From the NCBI GenBank assembly GCA_035943555.1, contig DASZCA010000366.1:1-54048 (forward strand): DNA of 54,048 nucleotides, written 5' to 3'. A program made the translations under genes and the position numbers. This DNA comes from Verrucomicrobiia bacterium. Lineage in GTDB: Bacteria > Verrucomicrobiota > Verrucomicrobiia > Limisphaerales > UBA11358. The notes beneath the pieces are model-generated. The model was not told the origin of the DNA and did no database searches. It saw only the letters and a list, made by a program, of their open reading frames with translations. Shown here piece by piece: positions 45,774-54,048 of the stretch (within the stretch, counting starts at the first letter, position 1; every line of letters starts with the position of its first letter).

Positions 45774-46319
45774 TCACCCTAACGGCGACAGATAATACGC
45801 CCGATAATAGCGTCGGCTGAAAATGGCCGTATTGGTCTCAACAAACGTGAACGGCGCGGTGTTGGTCAGAAGGGAAGTCCACCTCACCATGTTCGTGGAG
45901 GCTTGCACCACATAGTGGGAGCCGATCGCGCCCGTAACGGTAAAACTGAATTGCTTGCCCGTCTTCTTCGCGGCACCCAGCGCGGACCGCAAAGTGTAGG
46001 ATGCTTCGCTGGAAAACACGCTTTCATGCCCAGCGCGGTCGTAAGTTGTTGCTGCGAAATAATACGTCTGACCTTGGGCCAGTCCGGTAATGGTGATGTT
46101 GGTCGCGGTGCCGGTTACATTCGTGGTGGTGTAGTGGTGGCTCGTGGTGCCGGTATAAATTTTATAACCGGCAACATTTGTGGCTTTGCTCAGACTCCAG
46201 GTCAAAGTGACGCTTTGGGTGGCAAGAGCGGGAAGTTGAGCCAACAACATCAGTGCGGTACACATAAACAAGCCGAAGATGGTCAGCCGGCCTTGAGGGC
46301 GAACATTTTTAAACAACAT
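45774..46319 (-). CDS. Small secreted FN3-domain protein with the shared C-terminal module (paralog A)
   Basis: 181 aa. Signal ...LFMCTALMLLAQLPALA. FN3 SVTLTWSLSKATNVAGYKIYTG...TYYFAATTYDRAGHES. Ends in YVVQASTNMVRWTSL...RRYYRAYYLSPLG*. Confidence 0.8.
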   Translation of the reverse strand: MLFKNVRPQGRLTIFGLFMCTALMLLAQLPALATQSVTLTWSLSKATNVAGYKIYTGTTSHHYTTTNVTGTATNITITGLAQGQTYYFAATTYDRAGHESVFSSEASYTLRSALGAAKKTGKQFSFTVTGAIGSHYVVQASTNMVRWTSLLTNTAPFTFVETNTAIFSRRYYRAYYLSPLG

Positions 46320-46545
46320 GTCCGGTACAAGTCAGCAAGTTCTTCCGGCGTGCGAATTTGCTAAGACAGACAGCGGAATTGAGCAAATTTAGCGGCTGCG
46401 TTATCACGGCGATCACGATCCGGGCGGATAAAATTATTTTCATCGGGGCGGGACAATACTTGCCTCCTTTGCGGAAGAAAAGTCTTTCCATCAAAATTAT
46501 CCGGCCAAAAACACGCTCTCCGCGCGGGAATTTCCGCCGCGATTT

Positions 46546-47100
46546 TTATGGCGACAGATAATATGTCCGGTAATAGCGCTGGCTGAAACAAGCCGCCTTC
46601 GTGTCCACAAACATGAAGGGCGCGGTGTTGGTTTGGAGAGAAACCCAGTTCACCAGGTTGGTGGAGGCCTGCACGACATATTGGGAACCGGTTGCGCCTG
46701 AAACCGAGAAACTGAACTGCGAGCCGGCCCGTGCCGGCGCGCCAAGTGCAACCGGGGGCACGGGCACGGTGTAGGACGTCTCACTGGAAAAGGCGCTTTC
46801 ATTTCCGGCGCTGTCATACGTCGTCGCGGCAAAATAATACGTCCGGCCTTCCACCAAGCTGGAAATGGTCGTGTTGGTGGCGGCGCCGATGATGTTCGTA
46901 GTGGCATAGCTGTGGCTGGCCGTGCCGCTGTAGACCCTATAACCGGCGACATTCGTGGCGACACTCGGATTCCAAGTCAGCGTTACGCTTTGAGCGGCCT
47001 GAACGGGGAGCTGGGCGGACAACATCAGCGCGCCGCAAAAAAACAAACCAAAGACCGGCCACCGGCATGTCCGAACAACACTAAATTTGTTTAACATCAT
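46546..47100 (-). CDS. Small secreted FN3-domain protein with the shared C-terminal module (paralog B)
   Basis: 184 aa. About two-thirds identical to paralog A by eye (SVTLTWNPSVATNVAGYRVYSG...TYYFAATTYDSAGNES...YVVQASTNLVNWVSL...QRYYRTYYLSP*). Confidence 0.8.
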   Translation of the reverse strand: MMLNKFSVVRTCRWPVFGLFFCGALMLSAQLPVQAAQSVTLTWNPSVATNVAGYRVYSGTASHSYATTNIIGAATNTTISSLVEGRTYYFAATTYDSAGNESAFSSETSYTVPVPPVALGAPARAGSQFSFSVSGATGSQYVVQASTNLVNWVSLQTNTAPFMFVDTKAACFSQRYYRTYYLSP

Positions 47101-47451
47101 GCGCCCCTAACGCAGCCGGTTTGCCAACGCAGCAAGCAGCGCCAAAAAATGCGCTTCCGAAAATTTTCAAAGATTTTTTTCCGACAAAATCATGCGGGGG
47201 AAAAAGTCGTGAACAGTTGAAATGAATGCACTTGCAGAAGCTCCGGCGACCCCTCCTTTTCTCTTGCCGATTTTTATCGGTGAACCGTACCAGAAAAAGG
47301 GTAGATAATTTTCAATTTAGCACCTCAAAAAAGACGGGGGGTTTTCAGTTCACCACGGCCCAGTACCCGAAAGAAGGTAGGAAGCTTTTTTTCGCGCGCC
47401 GGACTTGTCTTGATAAAAGGCAGGAGGTGTCCCGCGAAAATAATTTTTAGA

Positions 47452-47898
47452 TCAGCGGGGCAGGCTCTGGTTCACATTCAACCAGTAGTGGCCAATCTCG
47501 CCAACGACCGCCATGAACTCCTGCGCGTCCGCCGGTTTGATCACATAACTGTTAACGCCCAGGTTGTAGCTCTCAATCATTTCAATATCCCGTTCAGAAG
47601 AGGTGAAGACCACCACGGGGATGGTCCGCGCCCGGATGTCCGCCTTGAGCTGTCGCAACACATCAAGGCCATTGGTGGTCTTGAGCTTGAGGTCGAGCAG
47701 GATGACCTTGGGGATTTTGATTTCGTGCCAATTGGAATAGAGGCTGGCGAGGAAGATAGAATCCAGCAACTGATCTCCGTCCGACACATGAACGACCTCG
47801 CCGGGAATGTTTCGGTTCCTCAGGGCTGTCTGGGCCAGCTCTGCGTCGTTGGCGTTATCTTCCACCAATAATATGTCGGCTGAAAACTGCGGTTGCAT
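47452..47898 (-). CDS. Stand-alone receiver-domain response regulator
   Basis: 148 aa. ILLVEDNANDAEL, VILLDLKLKTTNG, VVVFTSS, SYVIKP. Confidence 0.9.
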   Translation of the reverse strand: MQPQFSADILLVEDNANDAELAQTALRNRNIPGEVVHVSDGDQLLDSIFLASLYSNWHEIKIPKVILLDLKLKTTNGLDVLRQLKADIRARTIPVVVFTSSERDIEMIESYNLGVNSYVIKPADAQEFMAVVGEIGHYWLNVNQSLPR

Positions 47899-48039
47899 AA
47901 AACACCCTGTTCCCCAATTTAATTTCCGGATTGACCTGTTCTGAGCAAACTCGAAAGGCTTGGCAGTCTGCGTGCCTAAATTGCCCCCAAGGCCGCCTCA
48001 AAGCGAGAACAATTTAGGGTACGAGAATATCGATAATGA

Positions 48040-48055
48040 GGTTCATAAATGAACC
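48040..48055. promoter_or_regulatory. Perfect 16-bp palindrome in a divergent intergenic region (candidate operator)
   Basis: GGTTCAT-AA-ATGAACC. Lies between the receiver gene (start 47898, minus strand) and the basic-protein gene (start 48205, plus strand). Confidence 0.3.
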
Positions 48056-48204
48056 AAGGCCGACAGACATGACCAGATCCGCCGCGAATTGTAACCTTTG
48101 GCGGCTTGCTATTTTGAAGGCCTGGGTGTTTTCTCCCCCATATTCCGCAACCGGAAGCCGCCAAGGCAGCCGGCGGTAAAAAATCCCATTACAAAAGACC
48201 GGCC

Positions 48205-48663
48205 ATGAATATCACACTGCTTTTGAACAAGGCCCGCAAAGAGCTTGGCATAGCCAAAGTCCATGCGGAGCATGACGCCAAAACGGCGAAGGCCGCACGG
48301 CAGACTGCCATCGCTGCGAAGAAAAAACTGAAACAAACCCGTAAACTGCAAAAATTCACCCGCAAGATCGCGCGCAAGGCTGAGGATCAGGCAGAAATCG
48401 CGCTGGAAAAACTGGAGCAAGCGCGGGCACGGGTGGAAAAATTAGAAAAGCGTGCCCGCAAAGAAGCGCGTCAGCAGAAGTCGCCCGCCACCGCCAAGTC
48501 CGTGCCCAAAACAAAGCCGTCGCTGCGCCCTAAAGCGCACGTCGTAAAGACCAAGATTGCGTCTGCCAAGGTCACCCGACCGTTACCTCGCAAGCCGGTC
48601 AGAAAGCCGGCACCGCCGGCCCGTCCGCTTGACGGTGCTCGACCCCATTTCCGCCCCGGATGA
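48205..48663 (+). CDS. Highly basic Lys/Arg/Ala/Pro-rich protein (coiled-coil N-half, histone-H1-tail-like C-half)
   Basis: 152 aa, roughly 27 Lys and 17 Arg by my count. KAARQTAIAAKKKLKQTRKLQKFTRKIARKAEDQ... then KSPATAKSVPKTKPSLRPKAHVVKTKIASAKVTRPLPRKPVRKPAPPARP. Confidence 0.55.
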   Translation: MNITLLLNKARKELGIAKVHAEHDAKTAKAARQTAIAAKKKLKQTRKLQKFTRKIARKAEDQAEIALEKLEQARARVEKLEKRARKEARQQKSPATAKSVPKTKPSLRPKAHVVKTKIASAKVTRPLPRKPVRKPAPPARPLDGARPHFRPG

Positions 48664-48836
48664 ATTGCCAGCTGATATCTCGGCACCAGCCGCAGAATCA
48701 CCCGGCACACCCGGCGACGCTGCCGCAGCATAAACATTCGCGGGGCGTTAGTTTTAGGGCCAAGATTGATTTTGCCGATATTACAATCGGATTTATCAAT
48801 TAACATCCCGGCAGACATCTGCGCTATAACGGGACC

Positions 48837-48962
48837 ATGAAAACCGCCCGCGCTTCCGCCAACGCCAGCCTTGAGTCCTATGTCCCCCGCATCATCGCCC
48901 TAGGCCTGTTGATAGTTTTTCTGTTGCTGGCCTTCACTGGTTGTCAGAACGCTTCTCCCTGA
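48837..48962 (+). CDS. 41-codon ORF encoding a lipoprotein-type signal peptide with only a 6-residue mature part (a possible gene stub)
   Basis: MKTARASANASLESYVPRIIALGLLIVFLLLAFTGCQNASP*. Lipobox LAFTGC. Below the track cutoff. Confidence 0.25.
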   Translation: MKTARASANASLESYVPRIIALGLLIVFLLLAFTGCQNASP

Positions 48963-49058
48963 TCCGGCGCAAGGAAGTGCCTGCTATTTTGGGTTGCTTT
49001 ATCGCCGGTTCCGAGTTCAATAACGTCTTTCCCAGAAGGTTGTTCAAACCCGAAAATC

Positions 49059-49740
49059 ATGCACTTGGATTCCGCCTTCATCAACCGGCTGCTCGTCGGC
49101 AACATCGAATACATCCTGCTGGTCATCTCCATGATGATGACGCGCATGGTCTGGCTGCGCGTCCTCGCCATCGCCTCCGGTGTGGCAGGTTTTATTTACA
49201 GCGCCGGATGGTTGCACGACCCAGTGGGCGTCTTTTGGGAAACCATCTTCACCTTGGTCAATGTCCATTCAGCTTGTCCTGATCAAATACCGCCACTATG
49301 CCGCCCGCTTCAATGCCAAGGATCGCAATTTTTACGACCTCGTCTTTCCCCGACTGGAACCGTGGCAAATGCGGCGTCTCCTCAAAACCGGCCAATGGCT
49401 TACCGGCCCGGCTGGGATCGCTTTAACGCACCAAGGCACGGTGGTTACGCATCTCTGCTATCTGCATTCCGGCTGTTTGGAGGTGCGGGGCAACAATTCC
49501 ATCGTCGGCGTGTGCGACCCGAAAAGTTTGATCGGCGAAATCAGCATCGCCAGCAGATAACCGGCCACTGTGACCGTTGTCGCCCGGGATGAGATCCGTT
49601 ATCTTGCCTTGGAACGCGAGGCCCTGCACAAGCTGATTAAGGCCGATGCCGAGATAGCCCACGCCGTCGAAAGCAGCCTCCGGCGCAACCTTGAAACCAC
49701 GCTCATCATGCGTACCAAGCCGGCCACTAGCGGTATTTAA
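49059..49740 (+). pseudogene. Decayed gene for a membrane-anchored cyclic-nucleotide-binding-domain protein (one frameshift plus one in-frame stop)
   Basis: Frame A gives MHLDSAFINRLLVGNIEYILLVISMMMTRMVWLRVLAIASGVAGFIYSAGWLHDPVGVFWETIFTLVNV. The sense then continues in the +1 frame as IQLVLIKYRHYAARFNAKDRNFYDLVFPRLEPWQMRRLLKTGQW...LIGEISIASR. A TAA follows at 49558-49560. The same frame then continues PATVTVVARDEIRYLALEREALHKLI...*. The extra base is at ~49265-49266. Confidence 0.7.
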
Positions 49741-49746
49741 AAACAT

Positions 49747-50907
49747 ATGAAGACAAAAACGATCCGTGAAACCGCGCTGTTATGCGCGGCATTGAGTTTG
49801 TTGGCGGGCGTAAATGCGGCTTGGGCCCAAACCACCTTTGCCACGAACTTGTCGGTCATCCGTCCGGCGCGCCCCGCGCCACCCACGCGCGATCCCCATA
49901 CGCCCGGCTATGTTACTGCCCAGGAGCTGCCAGATGGAACCATGCCATCGGTGACAGCAGAGGGTGATTTTATCATTGGCCCCACGCATGACCGGGCGCC
50001 GGAGATGACGGCGCAGACCAATGTACCGGCGGGCAAAGTTTATGAACTCACGATGAGTTCGGCAGACAGCAAAATCTTTCCTGGTATTGCCCGCGAGCCA
50101 AAAACTTTCGGCACGTCTGATCCCGCCGATCCGACCAAACTTATCGTGACGACCAGCCATCCGGCGCCCTACACGCGGCATGTGGCGGTGTATGTGCCCG
50201 CGCAATATGTTCCCGGCACGGCAGCCCCGTTCATCGTCGGGGCGGATGGGCCCGACCGAAACCTGTTCACCGCGCTGGATAATTTGATTGCGCAACATCG
50301 CGTCCCCGCGATGGTTGCCATCTCCATCGGCAACGGCAGCGGTGATGCCCAAGGCAGCGAACGCGGGCTGGAATATGACACCATGTCCGGCGCGTACGCT
50401 GAGTTTGTCGAGAGCGAAGTGCTGCCGCTCGTTGAAAAACAATGCGGTGTAAAATTGACCAAGGATCCCGAGGGTCGCGCGACCATGGGCGGGAGTTCCG
50501 GCGGTTCCTGCGCGCTCATCATGGCGTGGTATCATCCTGAACTGTACCATCGCGTTCTGACATATTCCGGCACCTATGTGAACCAGCAATGGCCGCATTC
50601 AGACGTCACGCCGCATGGCGCCTGGGAATTTCACGAGCACCTCATCCCGGAAAATCCGGCCAAACCGTTGCGCTTGTGGCTGGAGGTCGGTGATCGCGAC
50701 CTTTACAACCCCAACAGCATGCACGACAACATGCATGATTGGGTCGTGGCAAACGAAAACATGGCAAGGGTTCTGGCGGCAAAAGGCTATCATTACCAGT
50801 TTGTCTTCGCCCGCAACGCCGGACATACGGACGGCAAAGTGAAGCAACAGACTTTGCCCGAGGCTTTAGAGTGGCTGTGGCAGGGATATCATCCGGCGAT
50901 AAAGTAA
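49747..50907 (+). CDS. Secreted alpha/beta-hydrolase esterase (enterochelin-esterase / CE1-like 'putative esterase' family)
   Basis: 386 aa. Signal MKTKTIRETALLCAALSLLAGVNAAWA. Nucleophile elbow MGGSSGGSCAL. Also HPELYHRVLTYSGTY and ARNAGHTDG. Confidence 0.9.
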   Translation: MKTKTIRETALLCAALSLLAGVNAAWAQTTFATNLSVIRPARPAPPTRDPHTPGYVTAQELPDGTMPSVTAEGDFIIGPTHDRAPEMTAQTNVPAGKVYELTMSSADSKIFPGIAREPKTFGTSDPADPTKLIVTTSHPAPYTRHVAVYVPAQYVPGTAAPFIVGADGPDRNLFTALDNLIAQHRVPAMVAISIGNGSGDAQGSERGLEYDTMSGAYAEFVESEVLPLVEKQCGVKLTKDPEGRATMGGSSGGSCALIMAWYHPELYHRVLTYSGTYVNQQWPHSDVTPHGAWEFHEHLIPENPAKPLRLWLEVGDRDLYNPNSMHDNMHDWVVANENMARVLAAKGYHYQFVFARNAGHTDGKVKQQTLPEALEWLWQGYHPAIK

Positions 50908-50919
50908 CTGTCGCGCCGC

Positions 50920-51615
50920 CTACTCGCCGCCCTCCATGTGGAAATACATCGTTTGTAGCGCCACCTTGCCTGGTCCCGTGAACCGGTTCCAAACGAGCTG
51001 GCCCGCGCTGGCAAACAGCCCCGTCGAGAGCCGTTGAAACATCGTCTGCATTTGTACCGTGCGTTCCTTGTAAATCCAGCCGCCGGGCTCGATATCGATC
51101 TGTTCGCCCGGAGCCAGCGTCACTTCGAACACGTTGCCGAAGCCGTGCAGCCACAGGATGCCTTCACGTGACGGGGCCGAAAAGGTGTCGATGAAAAATC
51201 CCGTGCCGCCCAGCAACATGTTGGCCGCACCGCGCACACGCGTGAACGTATATTCAACATTATCCGTGGCCGCCAGCCATTGATGTTCCCGCACATCCAC
51301 GCTCTCGCCCGGATTGAGGTGCAAACCGAACACATGGCCCGCACCATCGCGGCTGAAAGCGATGCGGCCCGGCCCGTTCGCGCCGGTCAGCAAAAACGGC
51401 ATGCCCGCCAGCATCCGCTTGAACGCCCCTTTCATTGGTCGCAACGCGATCTGCACCGCCGGATCTTTCCAGAGCAAAATGTGATGTTCGAAATAAATAC
51501 CCGTGTTGCTCAGTTCCAGATGCAAGGCTGGCACCAGTTCGCCCTCGATGTGATACGTCACGCCGCCGAAGGTTTCGTTCTGCACATTGGTGGTCAATTG
51601 GACAGGTACGGCCAT
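50920..51615 (-). CDS. AIM24 / TIGR00266-family protein
   Basis: 231 aa. YHIEGELVPALHLEL, GAFKRMLAGMPFLLT, GESVDVREHQWLAAT, GGTGFFIDTF. Confidence 0.9.
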   Translation of the reverse strand: MAVPVQLTTNVQNETFGGVTYHIEGELVPALHLELSNTGIYFEHHILLWKDPAVQIALRPMKGAFKRMLAGMPFLLTGANGPGRIAFSRDGAGHVFGLHLNPGESVDVREHQWLAATDNVEYTFTRVRGAANMLLGGTGFFIDTFSAPSREGILWLHGFGNVFEVTLAPGEQIDIEPGGWIYKERTVQMQTMFQRLSTGLFASAGQLVWNRFTGPGKVALQTMYFHMEGGE

Positions 51616-51716
51616 AATTATGATTGGGTTGGGTTGAAGATGACGTTCGCACGAATGTGAACCTCATCCCGCCGTGCCGTCAAGCACATCCCAGCCCGGC
51701 AAACAAACACTGCGGT

Positions 51717-52334
51717 CTAGGGCGACTCAAGACCATTTGTCGGTCCGGAGAATTCGGATGATTTGACGAACGCATCGAGCACTTGCAGATAACCATCGAT
51801 CGAATCATCGGCATCCGGGCCGAGATCGCGTTTGAGGGCGCGTAATTGGACCACATCCGCCTGTGCCTCCCGGCGCACATCGTCCACGTTTAGACTGCCG
51901 CTCAAGAGACCGCTCACCATCTGGTCATATTTAGCCGCCGCCGCCGGGCTCCCCGCCAACATCTGCTCTCGGATCTGGTTGACGACATTGGTACCTGCGC
52001 CGACGGGATGAATCGTAGCGGAGGGGTTCGGGCTGTTGTGTCCGGGCGTACCCAGGCCGGTCAGGTTGGAAAAATTTGTTGGGCCGGCGGCAGGTGTGTT
52101 CCGGACCGTGTTCTGAACTGCCATCACCACGGCATTGGTGCCAAATGCCAGGGCTGACACGTTCTTGCGCGGCACGTTCAACTTGCCCAGTATATCGCTC
52201 TGCAATACCACCGTATCACCGGATACCGACAACACCTTGCCGATATATCGGTCCCCATTTTGCATGTCCACTTCGTCAGCCCGTACCGTCAAGGCTGCGG
52301 CCAGCAGAAAAATGATGCGGATCCGGATTCGCAT
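51717..52334 (-). CDS. Hypothetical secreted protein
   Basis: 205 aa. Signal MRIRIRIIFLLAAALTVRA. No family recognised. Confidence 0.7.
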   Translation of the reverse strand: MRIRIRIIFLLAAALTVRADEVDMQNGDRYIGKVLSVSGDTVVLQSDILGKLNVPRKNVSALAFGTNAVVMAVQNTVRNTPAAGPTNFSNLTGLGTPGHNSPNPSATIHPVGAGTNVVNQIREQMLAGSPAAAAKYDQMVSGLLSGSLNVDDVRREAQADVVQLRALKRDLGPDADDSIDGYLQVLDAFVKSSEFSGPTNGLESP

Positions 52335-52405
52335 GGCCAGACACTAGCCCATCACTTGACTCGATGCAAATGAGCGCGCTTTTGCCGGCCGGCCGGCCGG
52401 TTGGA

Positions 52406-53146
52406 TCACTGCTTGACCGCGATCGGGCGAATCTTGATGTTCCGGAAAGAAACACTTCCGTGATCGCCTTGCAGGCCGATATTCCCAACGTCAGATTTCG
52501 CAAAATTAGGCATCTTGCCGAATTTGCTCGCCGCGACCCGCGCATTGAAATCGTCACTGTGCAGCACGTATTCGAAATATTTGACGCCATTGACCTCATG
52601 CACGCATTTTTCCGGCGTGACCAGCAGGCGGATATGATTCCATTGCCCCACCGGCTTGGTGGCGTCCAGCGTCATGCCCGTGGCCGGATTGGTGGGCGGC
52701 TGGTAAAGTGCATAAAGCCAGCCGCAACGGATCTTGTCCGCCGCTTTTTCATTATCCTCAAGCTGGAACTCCGGGCCGGTCGCCCACATGGCGCCGCCGT
52801 CATCGGTCACGTGATACATGATGCCGCTGTTGCCCGCTTCCGAGATGTTGTAGTCCAATTGCAATTCAAACCAGTCAAACCGGTTGCTGGTCACGATATC
52901 TCCCGCGTTGTGGGGATCCACGCACACCAACGCGCCGTCCTGAACCTGCCAGCCCGGACGCACGCCGTCTTTCTTGAAGTTATGCCATCCGGCGAAATCG
53001 GTGCCGTCAAACAGCAGTTGCCAGCCGGCGGCTTTTTCAGCCTTGGTCAATGTGTTGGCCTTGATTTCACAGTGCGAGCAATGGGTGGCGCAACCGGTGA
53101 AACTTAAGGCGGCGGCGGTAAAAGTGATGAGCAACAGGTGTTTCAT
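52406..53146 (-). CDS. DUF1080 (3-keto-disaccharide hydrolase-like, concanavalin-fold) lipoprotein
   Basis: 246 aa. Lipobox LSFTGC. GWQLLFDGTDFAGWHNF, NSGIMYHV, GPEFQLEDNE, IGLQGDHGSVSFRNIKIRPI. Confidence 0.92.
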   Translation of the reverse strand: MKHLLLITFTAAALSFTGCATHCSHCEIKANTLTKAEKAAGWQLLFDGTDFAGWHNFKKDGVRPGWQVQDGALVCVDPHNAGDIVTSNRFDWFELQLDYNISEAGNSGIMYHVTDDGGAMWATGPEFQLEDNEKAADKIRCGWLYALYQPPTNPATGMTLDATKPVGQWNHIRLLVTPEKCVHEVNGVKYFEYVLHSDDFNARVAASKFGKMPNFAKSDVGNIGLQGDHGSVSFRNIKIRPIAVKQ

Positions 53147-53208
53147 GATTGGGTTAAATTAACTGACATTGGCGCGGCGGCAATTGTAAAAAGCGGGTAC
53201 TCGGGGCG

Positions 53209-54048
53209 TCATTTTAAAAGTTTATCCGCCCGCAATTGACCGCAACCGGCGGCGACATCGATGCCTCGCCGTTGCCGGACCGTGCTCGGTATGCCTGCCA
53301 CCTGTAATGCCTGCTGAAACGCCTTCGCCCCGTCAGAGCGCGTGGCAGTTCCGGCAAAACCGCCGGTGGGATTGAGCGGAATCAGGTTTACGTGGGCGTC
53401 CAGTCCGGCCAGCAGTGTGGCGAGCCGGCCAGCTTGCTCAGGTGAATCATTCGCCCCGGCGATTAGCGTCCATTCGAAAAAGATGCGCCGGCCCGTTTGA
53501 TCAAAATAAGTACGGCAAGCCGACATTAATTCCGCCAAAGGCCAGCGGCGGCTGGCAGGAACGAGCGCCGAACGCTCGGCTTCGGTAGCGCCATGCAGAC
53601 TGACGGCCAGATGATATGGCCGCTGTTCGGCTGCCAATCGCAATATGCCCGGCACTACGCCGACCGTACTGATGGTGATCCTGCCCGGGCCGATGTTAAA
53701 TCCTCGTCGATCGGTAATGATTTCCAGCGCCGTCATCACCGCGTCATAATTATGCAACGGTTCGCCCATCCCCATGAGCACCAAGTTACGCAGTCCGTCT
53801 TGGTTGGCCACTCGTGCCGCCAATTCCGCCTGTCGCACTTGGGCGACGATCTCCCCGGGCCGCAGATGCCGCACGAAACCCATTTGGCCCGTCGCGCAAA
53901 AAACACAACCCATCGCACAGCCGGCTTGGGTGCTGAGGCAGGCGGTATGGCGACCTTTGAAACCCATCAAAACGGTTTCGATCGTCTGGCCATCGGCGAG
54001 GCGGAGCAGAAATTTACGCGTCAATCCGTCCGTGCTGGCAATGTCAGC
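53209..54048 (-). CDS. rlmN: 23S rRNA/tRNA (adenine-C2)-methyltransferase RlmN, radical SAM; partial (N-terminus lies beyond the window end)
   Basis: The frame is open to base 54048 (…ADIASTDGLTRKFLL). The track 'M' at 54024 is a TTG. Radical-SAM cluster motif GCAMGCVFCATG, plus MGMGEPLHN, ISTVG and the C-terminal GIDVAAGCGQL. Confidence 0.93.
   Translation of the reverse strand, partial: ADIASTDGLTRKFLLRLADGQTIETVLMGFKGRHTACLSTQAGCAMGCVFCATGQMGFVRHLRPGEIVAQVRQAELAARVANQDGLRNLVLMGMGEPLHNYDAVMTALEIITDRRGFNIGPGRITISTVGVVPGILRLAAEQRPYHLAVSLHGATEAERSALVPASRRWPLAELMSACRTYFDQTGRRIFFEWTLIAGANDSPEQAGRLATLLAGLDAHVNLIPLNPTGGFAGTATRSDGAKAFQQALQVAGIPSTVRQRRGIDVAAGCGQLRADKLLK

Noticed and set aside
53144-53158. 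A shared CCAATCATG-type motif at the start codons of several minus-strand genes (11345, 51613, 53144), as a possible translation signal.
   Set aside because: There are only three short, imperfect occurrences. This is compatible with chance and cannot be evaluated without genome-wide statistics.

Overview
This is a high-GC bacterial chromosomal window. GC was judged by eye, not computed. The gene content looks like a PVC-group, Verrucomicrobiota-like organism: autotransporter-associated beta-strand-repeat proteins, lamin-tail/CotH giants, DUF1080 and DUF3826. That placement is an inference.

I support about 45 protein genes, one tRNA-Ser(CGA), three decayed genes and a few hairpins and repeat arrays. 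I saw no rRNA, CRISPR array, transposase, integrase or recognisable defence genes.

Layout:
- **Left end:** an ECF sigma factor is translationally coupled to a large anti-sigma/N0-like/vWA-type membrane protein. The supplied ORF track misses this protein because it runs off the window. Divergent from this pair are a GH5-like hydrolase and a protein of about 1890 aa (LamG/FN3/3xLTD/CotH).
- **Core (11470-24601):** a tight same-strand six-gene cluster. It encodes a WD40-sensor histidine kinase, a response regulator, a barrel-less autotransporter-like beta-helix protein, a phage-tail-fibre-like protein (LVIVD propeller, YadA-head-like repeats, S74 self-cleaving chaperone), a small coupled secreted protein, and a propeller-like protein with one CxxCH motif.
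- **Right half:** a mix of housekeeping and accessory genes. These include BON, AKR, CorA, GT4, a GT-C-like membrane protein, an ABM-ADH-MEKHLA operon, a PaaK/F390-like ligase, a GH16 surface protein, DUF3826, DctA, EngB, two tandem FN3 paralogs, an esterase, AIM24, DUF1080 and partial RlmN.

Most interesting signals:
1. A 55-70 aa C-terminal module ends in [FY][FYL]R within a few residues of the stop. Seven otherwise unrelated secreted proteins carry it, so it may be a sorting or anchoring tag.
2. The two-component-linked surface-fibre cluster.
3. A 1.1-kb low-GC gap (28886-30006) holds three separate phased 10-bp direct-repeat arrays.
4. Three decayed genes: a homopolymer frameshift, a frameshift plus nonsense codon, and a truncated LuxR helix-turn-helix beside the tRNA.

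All family assignments come from motif recognition by eye. No searches were run.
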